Assembly: GCF_024521635.1 (NCBI RefSeq)
Contig: NW_026250404.1
Span: 1 to 64,000, forward strand
DNA length: 64,000 nucleotides
Origin: Tricharina praecox
Lineage: Eukaryota
Reading direction: 5' to 3'
Shown here: positions 20,343 to 32,400 of the stretch, piece by piece
How positions within the stretch are numbered: the stretch's first letter is position 1
Layout of the letters: every line of letters begins with the position of its first letter
Made by a program: the position numbers and the translations under genes
The notes under the pieces: model-generated
Seen by the model: the letters and a program-made list of their open reading frames with translations, nothing else
Database searches by the model: none
What the model was told of the DNA's origin: nothing

Positions 20343-23300
20343 TGTCACGGCTCCCCACGGAATGACGAAGGGAGGGTCGGCACAAGGATCGGGAGAGTTG
20401 AAGGGCAGTGCAGAGGCAGTGCACCGACAGTGCAAGGATGAGTCGCAGAGGATTGGGGGCTGTGTGCAGGGAGCAGGGATAGCGCAGTAATGAGTCGCAG
20501 AAGATTGGGGCTGTGTGCAGGAAGCAGGGGTAGTGCGGCTGCGCAGCGTATGAGTCACGGAAGTGGGGTACTGGCAAGGTGGATTTCTCAGGGTCTGGCA
20601 CACGCCCACGGTCATTGTCAGGTTGCGGGAAGAAGTGGAGGATTTTCTATATAAACGGGCCGTTACCCCTCTGTATTTAGTTCTTCACGCAACAACTTGT
20701 TACTTCAACCACTGTTACCTCAGTCCTTGCCTCGGCTGCCGTCTGTGCCGTAGTCCTTGTCCCTGCCTCTGTTCTCAGTTGCCGTCTGCACTGAACCCTG
20801 CCTCACCTTGTCCCCTGAACCCGTCTTGCCTCTGCCGAACCCAGAACTGGATCCCCAGCCCAACTTCGCTACCTGGAGCCTTGCCCGACCGTGCCGTTAC
20901 ACTTTGTTGCGTCCCCTATCTCTCCACCTAGCGAACTACCATGGCCACCAACACTCAGGTACCCGAGGCCCCCCAGCAGGACGAAGTACCAGTGGCACCT
21001 CCCTTCTACCGAGAAATTCCCGCCGCCATCCACGAACAACTCGAGATCTTCGTCAATCATGATGCACCCGCCGATGATGCAACCCTGATGGGGTTGTACA
21101 ACGAATTCAGAATCCTCGCCCGCGCAATCACCCTGTCCCCAATAGCCGTACCGACCTGGCAATTCGACGAACTCGAAGAACAACTTGCTGACGCCCGCCG
21201 CATCGCCAACCGCCTTGCCACCGTCGAAACCCAACCTCAAAGCCGCGCTGAGCGTGTCCCTGAGCCAGCCATGTTCGACGGAACACGCGAGAAACTGGAA
21301 GGGTTCGTTGCGCAACTTCGACTCAAGCTGTACAGCGACCAAGCCCGTTTCCCAACTCCAGCACTCCGAATGGCCTATGCCTTCAACCGCTTGGAAGGCC
21401 GCGCCCAAGCCCAGATCCTGCCGTACATCGAGAATCACAACATCACCCTCACCGACGCTGATGCGATCATCACACTCCTGAACAACGCATTTGGTGACCC
21501 TGACCCAGCGGCCACCGCTTGAGCCAAGATACACCACCTGAAGCAAGGCAATAAGGAGTTCACCTCCTACTTTGCGGAATTCCAGATGCTTGTCTCCAAG
21601 CTCAATTGGGACGAGCATGCGAAACTTGACGCGCTGCGAGAAGGAGTATCCATCGAACTCCACCGGCAACTTGTGGGCCCTACTCAGGGCCTCAACTACG
21701 ATGAGTTTGTGGCGCTCTGTCAACGCCTTGACTCCGAGCTGCGTGCCCTCCAACTTCGTGAGGGACGCCGCACCACCAACCCCCCTCGGCAGAGTAGCGC
21801 CCCACACCCCATGGCGCCGCTCGGGCACACCACCCACAACACCATGCCCGCGACGACCACTGCCACAGGAACGGCTCCCGGAGCCATGGACTTGAGTGCC
21901 AACAGCCGCAGGATCCCAGACCAAGAGCGTGCTGCCCGGCTCCGCGAAGGTCGCTGCCTGTACTGTGGGGGAAGTGGCCACATGGCCAGGCATTGCCCCA
22001 ACAAAAACCGAAATCCGTTCCGAGCAGCCGTTGCCCGGCTGGAGTCAGCCCAGCCCACCAACACCACCCCGACTCACACCTATCACAACTGCAACCAGGA
22101 TTGCGGCGAGACTTCCCAGCAGTCGGGAAAAGCCTAGACCAACAACTGCTTGATGACACTGTTGTTGGTCGTACCCAGGATAAGTCTTTGTCTCCTATGT
22201 CCCCTATTTTTGGTTTGTCTAGTCTCTCAGTGTCAGGAAGGGTTGTGGAAGAATCATCAATGGAAGGAAGACATCTTGTTGTATTGTGTAACCTTTCGTT
22301 TGGTGACAGAACCATTGCCACGCATGCGCTGATCGACTGTGGGGCAACCGGAATTGCATTTGTAGACAAAGACTTCGCCCGCCATCACCACCTACCCCTC
22401 GTACCCCTGAAATCCCCGCGAAGTCTTGAAGTCATCGATGGCCGTCTCATCGAGTCAGGCGACATCACACATGTTGCCACCACCACCCTGTCCATACAGG
22501 AACACCACGAGGAAATGCCTATCTTTGTCACCAAACTGGGCCACTACCCCGTTGTACTCGGAATCCCCTGGATGGACCTCCACGATGTGGCCATCCGATT
22601 CAGCTCCCGAACCCTCACCTTCGGCTCCCAATACTGCACAGCCAATTGCAATGCGGTGCCCACAGTTGCACATGGAATCACCACCGACCCGCCTGACGTA
22701 TCCACCTATGCTCTCGCGTCAAAAGCAGCTCAGCAAGAGCCAGCGGTAAGCGCGGGGGCCGGCGACATCGTGGCCCCCTACAGTACGTCTCCCCCAAGGA
22801 AGAATCACGAAGAATGCACTAACCTTTCAAGGGAAAGCACAGTCAGAATCTCAGCCTTACAGATGAAGTCATTCTAAGAACTGGTCAACAAGGAAAGCCT
22901 CACGGTTTTCAACACCACGCTTGCCGAGGTCAACGGCGCACTGGAAGGAAACAAGGACCCCACGGCACATATACCTCACCAATACCACGAGTTCCTACCG
23001 CTATTCTCTGAAGCCCTTGCCCAGAACTTGCCCCCGCACCGACACTACGACCATAAGATTCCACTCAAGGAGGGATTTACGCCCCCATACGGACCACTGT
23101 ACTCACTTTCGAAAACGGAGCTGGTCGCACTGAAGGAACAGCTTGACGACAACCTCAGCAAAGGTTTCATCCGTGCCTCTTCCTCTCCAGCAGCATCGCC
23201 AATCCTCTTTGTCAAGAAATCGGATGGCTTCCTACGCCTGTGTGTGGATTACAGGGGCCTGAACGAAGGAACAATCAAGAACAGGTACCCTCTCCCACTT

Positions 23301-26300
23301 CTCCAAGAAACTCTGATGCGGCTATCCGGGGCAAAATACTTCACCACCCTGGATATCCGCGGTGCCTACAACCTTGTGCGGATGGCAGAAGGAGAAGAGT
23401 GGAAAAGTCCCTTCCGGACACGCCATGGGCTCTTCAAATCCCTCGTCATGCCCTTCGGTCTCACCAACGCCCCTGCCGACTTCCAAGCTCTGATCAACGA
23501 TGTGCGACGCCTGTTCCTCGACGGCTTCTGTACCGCATTCATTGATGGCGTCTTTATTTACAGCGGATCCTTAGATGAACACCGGAAACATGTCAGGAAA
23601 TTACTTCAGGACTTATCAGCAGCAGGTCTACATCTCAAACCCAAAAAATGTCATTTCCACCAGACGGAAGTCAAGTATTTGGGACTGATCATTACAACAA
23701 ACGGGATCAAGATGGACCCAGCGAAAGTCTCCTGCATACTGGAATGGGAGGAGCCGAGTACCGTCACGGATGTGCAATGCTTTCTGGGATTTGCGAACTT
23801 CGACTGGCGATTCATCCAAGACTTTTCCAAGGTGGTATCCCCATTGACAGCATTGACCAACAAGGAGGATGGAAAGTATGTTCCCTTCGTGTGGGGACCG
23901 GAACAGCAGAAAGCATTCGACGAACTAAAAACAGCATTCACCTCGGCCCTGATCCTCCGGCACTTCGACTACGATCGGCAGATAGTAGTGGAAACTGACG
24001 CCTTCGACTACGTCTCTGCCAGAGTCCTATCTCAGTACGACGACGAGGGAATCCTGCACCAAGTGGCATTCTATTCCAAGAAACACTCCCCGGCAGAATG
24101 CAACTACGAGATCTATGACAAAGAACTCCTTGCAATCATCCGCGCCTTTGAGGAGTGGAGACCACATCTGGAGGGCGCTCCTCACCCCATCCAAGTCCTA
24201 AGCGACCACAAGAATCTGGAGTATTTCATGACAACGAAACTACTCAACCGACGACAAGCGCGATGGTCAGAGTTCCTTTCACGTTTCCATTTCAAGATTG
24301 TCTACTGACCAGGCAAAGCGGGAGGAAAACCGGATGCACTGACCAGGAGGTCAGGAGACCTCCCTAAGAAGGGGATGAAAGACTGCTTGCCAACCAGCAG
24401 GCAGTCCTGAAACTGGACAACCTAACGGAAGAGCTCCAGTTGGCAGCAACCAACACACCCGAACAAGATAGTCCCCTCCTCACGTCACTGATAACAGAAG
24501 GCTACGACATAGACCCCGTCCCGACTCGAATCCTCGAGCTACTCCGAAATGGTACACGCCACTCGAAGGAGATCTCCTTGACCGAATGCCGCAAAGTCAA
24601 AGGGCAACTGATTTACCGAGACTGCCTCTATGTTCCAGAGTACGACCGACTCCGACTACGACTGATTCAGGACCACCACGGCCCACCGGCTATGGGGCAC
24701 CCAGGGTGGGCGAAAACCCTGGAACTACTTGCTCAGAGGTACTACTGGCCACAGATGCGAAAGGACGTTGACCAGTTTGTCCGAAACTGCCACACCTGCC
24801 AACGAATCAAGGCCACCCGGCACGCATTCTATGGTGTCCTGCGCCCCCTCCCAGCACCCGAGAAGCCATGGGAACATATCTCAGTCGACTTTGTCACTGG
24901 CTTACCGGCCTCAAAGGGGTTTGACGCCATCTGTGTTTTTGTTGACCGACTGACCAAGCAACGCCATCTCCTACCATGTACCACGACCATCACCTCGGAA
25001 GGACTGGCCGAGCTGTTCTGCAACCGGTTCTTCAGGTACCACGGGTTGCCAGAAACCATCGTCTCGGATAGGGGTCCCCAGTTTGCCTCGAGATTCTGGA
25101 AACACCTATGCTCATGCCTCAAGATCGAGCCACGCCTGTCGACTGCCTTCCACCCCCAGACCGACGGCCAAACCGAACGGATGAACGCTGTCATGGAACA
25201 GCACCTCCGCGCGTACGTCAGCTACCTCCAGGATGACTGGGTCGACTACCTGTTCTTGGCCGAATTCGCTAGCAACAACCAGGTCTCCGACACGACTACT
25301 CTGTCCCCATTCTTCGCTTACCTAGAATACCACCCACGTTGTGACTTTGAGCTGGATATCCGTGTTAACACCCAGGAGGAACATCAAGCTCAGAATGCAG
25401 CGCGACGGTTGCATCAAATCCACGACGTCGCCCGCAGCCAAATGCGGTATGCCCAGGCACGGCAACAGGACGACTCCGACCGACATCGAACCCCTGCGCC
25501 AGCCTTCCAACTAGGCGACATGGTATGGGTGGATGGTCAGAACTGGCGCACCGAGAGACCCAGTCGCAAGCTGGAAAACAAACACCATGGTCCCTACCGT
25601 GTGATTCGGACAATCGGAACCCACGCCTACGAATTGGACATCCCGGACACCGTCGAGAAGCACCGAACATTTCCTGTATCCCTCCTTCATGCCTCCACTG
25701 ACGATCCCTTCCCTGGACAAATTCCACCGCCACCATTTTCGGTAATCGTGGACGACCAAGAAGAATGGGAGGTTGAAGAGGTCCTCGACAGCCGGAACCT
25801 CAGGGGCAAACTCCAGTACCTGGTGAAATGGAGAGGCTACGCGGCACCAACATGGGAACCGGAGGAGAACCTTACCGAGGTACAAGCTGTGGACGACTTC
25901 CATCGGCGATACCCCATGCAGCCTGGACCAGTCGAACTTGCTCTCGTGGGAACTCGAGTCTTAGGAGGGACTACTGTCACGGCTGGCGACAGAATGACGA
26001 AGGGAGGGTCGGCACAAGGACCGGGAGAGTTGGGGGGCAGTGCTGAGGCAGTGCACCGACAGTGCAAGGATGAGTCGCAGAGGATTGGGGGCTGTGTGCA
26101 GGGAGCAGGGATAGCGCAGTAATGAGTCGCAGGAGATTGGGGCTGTGTGCAGGAAGCAGGGGTAGTGCGGCTGCGCAGCGTATGAGTCACGGAAGTGGGG
26201 TACTGGCAAGGTGGATTTCTCAGGGTCTGGCACACGCCCACAGTCATTGTCAGTTTGCGGGAAGAAGTGGAGGATTTCCTATATAAACAGGCCGTTGCCC

Positions 26301-26533
26301 CTCTGTATTTAGTTCTTCACGCAACAACTTGTTAATTCAACCACTGTTACCTCAGTCCTTGCCTCAGCTGCTGTCTGCGCCGTAGTCCTTGTCTCTGCCT
26401 CTGTTCTCAGTTGCCGTCTGCACTGAGCCCTGCCTTGCCTTATCCTGTGAACCCGTCTTGCCTCTGCCGAACCCAGCACCCGATCCCCCGCCCGACTTCG
26501 CTACCTGGAGCGTTGCCTAACCGTGCCGTTACA
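20343..26533 (+). mobile_element. Family A full-length defective copy A3 (6,191 bp) with mismatched LTRs and no TSD
   Basis: LTRs at 20343-20901 and 25975-26533; stops at 21520-21522, 22875-22877 and 24306-24308; 1-bp deletion at about 24366; RT motif FIDD changed to FIDG; flanks GTCGT and AGGAA. Confidence 0.97.
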
Positions 26534-27532
26534 AGGAACTACGATCAAGGGAGAAACTGTTATGATGAGAGCATCAAACATCAACCTATGGGGGCAAAGA
26601 ACTTCCAGCGAAGAACTCTGCCGGTGCATCAAGAAGATACATGCTCGGCAACTCCGATCTATCTTGGCGGGTGGTGTTTACCACCAGCCAAATCGAAAAG
26701 ACTATCCGAAGAGAGCTGACGCTGGCTCCAGGCTAGGTCGCGGGAACTGCGATGCAAAGGCAGCAACGGAGCCGCATCATGCCACACTCTAGAGGAATCA
26801 CGTGCAGAGGCTCGGTACGTCTATGAGTGTCAAATCGAGCGGGCAACTGAACCGAACACAGTCACCACACCGAACAACCATCGAAGAAACACCCTTAAGA
26901 TTATTCCGTTGTGAATCATTGAAATCCCTGACTTTTATTCTTTACTCGATATTAGCATAGACTCCGACGACCCGAACACGTTCCAGTCTCACACCTTCGG
27001 CTTGCAACTCTATTCTAATCACCCGGACCATCTAATCACATCTCTTGCGACCGTCGTGACCTCTGATACCTATCGGGGTGTTTCAGATTGCATGATCACA
27101 AGGCTTGTGATCACTCAACTTTTCCCCAGCTTCCTGTCCCATGAGTCCGGCAAATTGTCTGAATATCTGGGGTAACAAGGCCAGTGGGTCTTCTAAGGTT
27201 GCGTCTGATGAGACATAGCCAATAATGGGAGTTTCGGTGTTGTGAACGACAGAGATGTGAAGTTCAATTTCAAAGCTCGTTGCTTGGTGCCAGGTGCAGT
27301 GTTCCTAGCACCTTGTGCTGTCAAAGCGAATGTTCCTGCCTTCATTGGTCCAGATGCTGGACGGTTGATGTTTTGCCATCCACCAATGAAGGAGGTAAGC
27401 ATTACAATTGTCTAGTGGAGGAATCTCGAAAGTTTCGGTGGAGTAATGCTTTCGGTGCTGGAGATTCATTGGCATTGAATAGTATTCGCCAGCGCCTTTG
27501 ACAATAGTTCCATAGAAGTCCTTGATCTCGAT
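26534..27532. mobile_element. Family B debris: 3' part of an LTR (+, 26534-26993), 5' piece of an LTR (-, 26994-27085), protease-region fragment (-, 27086-27532)
   Basis: Direct sequence similarity to 11582-12041, 11352-11445 and 3100-3545. Confidence 0.85.
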
Positions 27533-28003
27533 TGTCCAACTTGTCCCTATGCTATGACTATCAATTCCTGTGATCCGAACAGAGGAATAGATAGGTATAG
27601 CATAGAGACACGTTAGGTAGGAGTGAGCCAAAGGGATTCAGAGTTTTGACAGCGATCGGCGATAGATGTGATGCACAATGAAGTCTGATACAGCTGAGAT
27701 GGCCTGAGATAGTGCATCATGTAACCCCTTCGAAGGGAACGCCGATCATGGAACCTGTTACGACGCACGATTATGAATGTATCGACAAATAGAAGCCTGT
27801 AAAACCGGGCCAGTTCTCAATGCTCAGATGAAGATATGTACTTCTTACTCAGTGCTTCGCTAGGGTAGGAAGTGGTGAGCACTTATTGCCTAGTCGGAAA
27901 GACTATCCCTGCTACAGCTTACTCCCGTTCTACGGCCTACCCTTAGTGGGGGAATTTCTGCAGCGCTCACACTTGAGCATAACTCAAAAGGGCGTTTACG
28001 ACA
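27533..28003. repeat. Possible isolated LTR of a further family (~470 bp)
   Basis: Unique non-coding block between family B pieces that starts TGTC and ends GACA; no TSD and no second copy in the window. Confidence 0.3.
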
Positions 28004-28050
28004 GGGTTCCCCATAAAAGTGTTTTGAGATCACATGCTTAGGTGTACGGG

Positions 28051-28607
28051 TGTCACGGCCCGCCACGAAATGACGAAGGGAGGGTCAGCGCAAGGATCAG
28101 GAGAGTTGGGAGGCAGTGCATAGGCAGTGCACCGGCAATGTAAGGATGAGTCGCAGAGGATTATGGGCTGTATGCAGGGAGCAGGGATAGCGCAGTAATG
28201 AGCCGCAGGGATTGGGGCTGTGTGGAGGAAGCAGGGGTAGTGCGGCTGCGCAGGGTATGAGTCACGGAAGCGGGTACTGGCAAGGTGGATTTCTCAGGGT
28301 CTGGCACACGCCCACGGTCATTGTCAGGTTGGGGGAAGATGTGGAGGATTTTCTATATAAACGGGCCGTTGCCCCTCTGTATTTAGTTTTTCACACAACA
28401 ACTTGTGAATCCAACAGATGTTACCTCTGGCCTTACCTGGGCTGCCATCTGCGCCGTAGCACTTGTCTCTGCCTCTGTTCTCAGTTGCCGTCTGCACTGA
28501 GCCCTGCCTTGCCTTGTCCTGTGAACCCGTCTTGCCTCTGCCGAACCCAGCACCCGATCCCCCGCCCGACTTCGCTACCTGGAGCCTTGCTCGACCGTGC
28601 TGTTACA
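28051..28607 (+). mobile_element. Family A solo LTR with perfect TSD
   Basis: TGTCACGG...TGTTACA flanked by ACGGG at 28046-28050 and 28608-28612. Confidence 0.96.
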
Positions 28608-28728
28608 ACGGGTACACTATATAGTCACTCGACTATTGTCACGGATATATCAATACCAGCACAACTTGCACACCGAACACTGCGGACGATATCACCCAAG
28701 ATTATTCTGGTGTGAATTATTGTAATCC

Positions 28729-29137
28729 TGTCACGGTTCGGAAATCCTCGCCCTGAGTAGCTACTGGAATGATGGTCATCAGTCATCAAAAATACCTCTT
28801 GGTCCAGTGGCACGGTCCTTTCTTACTGTAGTTTATTACTGTTTCATGGCTGCCAAGTTTATGAGTTCAATTCTCACTGTGAGCAGTTACTTTCCTCTTT
28901 GCAGAGTTGTTCAGGAACCACATGGCTTACAGTGAGTGATGCATGATGATTTTTACATCAAATATCACTCATCTGGGGTTAAGTAGTTGAAGGCTTCCTG
29001 GAGTAAGCCTGTAAAGACGGGATACCGTCATGGTTGAGAAATCTTTGCCTTACCTAGCTACTGTGATGATGGCCGAAGGCCATCAAAAATACCTTTTGGT
29101 CGAGTGGTATACTACTTTCCCAGTGTACTTTATTACA
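28729..29137 (+). mobile_element. TRIM-like miniature LTR retroelement (409 bp)
   Basis: Two diverged ~112-bp direct repeats (28729-28840 and 29026-29137), 185-bp non-coding core, purine tract AAAGACGGGA before the right repeat, perfect TSD AATCC (28724-28728 and 29138-29142). Confidence 0.85.
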
Positions 29138-29207
29138 AATCCATGACTTTTATTCTAGATTTGATTCTATCAAGACTTCGACGTCCCGGAACCGTTTCAG
29201 TCTCACT

Positions 29208-29468
29208 CCTATATAAACAGACCTTTGCCCCGCTGTACTTAGCTCTTCACCCAACAACCTGTTAATTCAACAACTGTTACCTCTGCCCTTGCCTCAGCTG
29301 CCGTCTCCGCCGTGGTCTTTGTCTCCGTCTCTGTTTTTCAGTTGCAGTCTGCACTGAGCCTTGTTCCGCCTTGCCGTTTGACCCGCCTGGGTCTTGCCGA
29401 ACCCAGTTTCCAGTCCACCCGTCCACCCGTCTTCACTCCCTTGAGCCCTGCCTGACCATGCCGTTACA
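29208..29468 (+). repeat. Old family A LTR 3' half; last LTR-derived sequence in the window
   Basis: CCTATATAAAC...GCCGTTACA, diverged from 3926-4181. Confidence 0.85.
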
Positions 29469-32400
29469 CATACCTCTTGCAGCGCTGGACCAGACACTCC
29501 TTGATTCGCCCAGTCTGTGGTACTAAATGTCACTACAACCACACATCTCACTGGCATGATTGCTACACGTTTTTTCTTCAGTCAGAGCAGGTTATTGGGC
29601 CAGTTTCTTCCATCATCTCCGTTTGGGATCTTGAGACGGTGACCTTCTACGGTCCGTTATCCATCATGTCAAATCACTCCTGTAGCAAGTGACATCCATG
29701 CACGTCTCCCGATCAAGCTCGCTGCCGTGGATCACACAATAAGACAATCGATTCTAGTAGTACAGTTTGGCGACGCAAGTCCAAGACGATTTCTTCGATA
29801 GTTTGACTCATTGACTTGCGCAGAATGTGGCAATTTGAGGGCATGGAAGGAGACTACACACAGCACAGGGGAGGCGGCACTGGAGCATCGCCCAACTATT
29901 CGCAGACGAGCGCTCGGTAAATCGGTACTATGCTACAATTCCCGACTACAATGATGGACGGGGGGGGGGCAGAAATTTTTCCCATAGACGAGGAGAGCGG
30001 TGCCCGCCCCCGGGACCGAACATGGGTGTCCGGCGGGAGTGGGTCACTGCATATGTGGGATATGCGACTGAAGACCAATTGTGATACCTATGCTACCAAT
30101 ATAAATGCGATCCGGCAAAACTGAATGCATAATGCGACATCCCAGGTGGCAGGTACCGCCGTATAGGTGTCACATGCGCACACTTTAGCACTCGCTGGTA
30201 TTATCATGTGATGGCAGAATAGGTTGACCAGCGCTGAGAGGTCCACGACAGAAAATTGGTTCTCTCTCTCTCTCGCTTCGCAATCCAGAGACGTGCCTGG
30301 AGGAGCCAAACTCTGCCTGGGGGCTCCAAGCGATCGCAGTCAATCAATCAGTCACGGTATCCGAGGCCGGGGCCTAGACACAACGGCCGCACTGCGGCCA
30401 ATCGAGCAGGAAGATGCTGCTACATTCCTACCAGCCCGGACAAATAGGTAGGCAAACCGCAAGCGCTCAGATAGGAGAGAACTTCCGGTGCATGTGTGTA
30501 TCGCTTGGATGAAGAGATGAAGAGATAAGGCCTAACTGGATGCGGTCCCGTGATGGCCCGTATCAGAAGGAGCCTGGGTATGTAGGTTGATATCGACCGC
30601 GAAGGGCCAATGTACATACAAGTCACATCGGTCAAATGAGAATCGCCAACGTTCAATCGATCCCTGGCTCCCCAGGCCGTCCCGGCGCGACGTCCATCGC
30701 TGCTGCTGCTGCTGCTGCGCCTCACGACACGCGGCCCGACCGAGTGCTGCTAAGTGACAGGCGAAACGCTCCAATCAAAAGACAGCAATCCGCCGCCCAC
30801 TCGGCAACGGCACCGGGAACGGCACCGGCTACGGCCGCGGCTATAGCAACGGCGTTGCTCACGGCCTGCCTTTTACCGACGACGATGACACCACACAGCC
30901 ACTCGCTGCTCCATGGCGATGCATGCAAAGTGTTTCCCCACCCCTCCCCCCCCCCCCCCCCCGCTCAACCCGGTTCGTTGGGGCTGGGATCGACAACATG
31001 AAACGTCAGACTGGGCTGTCACTTGTCACGCTACCAACCCGACCGAAGCGAGGCAGCCATGACAGCGGCTTCTGGAAAATCCCATCCCCCCACCAAATTG
31101 AACGTGGAACGTGGCAGAGAATTGCGCGCTATGGATCTATGTACGCCGCCAGAGGTGGATATATGTCCAGCACTTCTCATATGTTCCCACCGACCTACCT
31201 ACTTCAGCACCTACTCTACTTTATATACCTTCCTACATTCCCCTACGTATATCCGTGCGAGTATGTAGGCTGCGTGGTGCATAACACTCTACGGCCCCAC
31301 CAAACCAACCACCCACCATCCACCGTCACGGCGCATATGCCTACCTTTCCCGGCGGGGGCTTCGCCAATCCGACCACATCTGTCAAGCAACCAACGATAT
31401 AGTTGCACAGTGCACACGACGTCGGCCCAGAGTGACGATGAATATAGCCGTGGCTGGAAGCTGCTCTGGACTCTGGAGACTGGATTCTGGAAGCTGAACT
31501 GGAAGCCGGCTCTGCCAAAAAAGAAAAAGAAAAAGAAAAGATAAACCAGCAACAACTGCCATGCAGATTTACTCTATGATACATGCCCCGCCGGCCCGGT
31601 CGGCATCGTCCGGCCGGCCGATGATGTACCCAAGTACCTACAGCACAGTACAGCTACCAAATTACCTACATTCATGCATAGATACATACCTCATACGACG
31701 GAAGAATCCCCGGAATCCGTCGCCCGTGCTCCGCTCCTTGTAAGGCCCGTGTTCCGCCGATTCCCATTGCCCACGCCCTACGAGGTGTCGGTCATCTATG
31801 TAGAGTAACTCTGCGCCTCGGCGAGGGTTGTCCGGCTAAACGCACCCCATCCCGTTCGCCCGTTCGCCCCTTCCCATCCCTCCTTCCCCTTCCCCACGCT
31901 CGGGAGGGGGGGCTTCAGTCGAGGCATTCATTCATTCGCATTGACCACGACAACGACCTTTCGTAGCGTCCATACGGCGCGCCATACCATACCATACCAC
32001 AGTTATCGGCCTGGCTCACGTCGTGCTCACGTCGCACGGGGTGGATGGGTGGACAGGTGGTGGATGCGCTGGTGTGCTGGTTCGGTTCGGTTGGATGGTT
32101 GCGAAAGGAAATATCGCCAAGAGGTGTAACGCATGCACGTCACTTACCGATGTGCGTGCTAATATGCACCGCACATACGCGACGATTAACTGGGGCTGTG
32201 GGTGCGATTGCGATGGGAAGGAGGGGAACGAGGGTAGATTACGTACCGCGCCGTACCGGCTCAAAGGCGACCACCACCACCACCACCACCACCCACCGGG
32301 AAATCTCTGGCTGGCTTCTAGAACGTTGCGCGCATCGGTACTTGCTGGCATGGAAGTTGGAACAGAACAGCTGCATTGCCGCCGCCTCCGCCGCCGCCGC

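Larger units (their letters stand above)
28004..29207 (+). repeat. Old family-B-like LTR remnant hosting two younger insertions
   Basis: GATCACATGCTTAGG, CACCGAAC, AAGATTATTC and AATCC-ATGACTTTTATTCTA...CAGTCTCAC align with the 3' half of the family B LTR. Confidence 0.7.

Noticed and set aside
20869..21993. Long antisense ORFs over gag (374 aa here, shorter in other copies)
   Set aside because: The frame is interrupted in the intact copy A2 (split into 4149-4718 and 4809-5273) and is explained by GC-rich codon bias on the sense strand.
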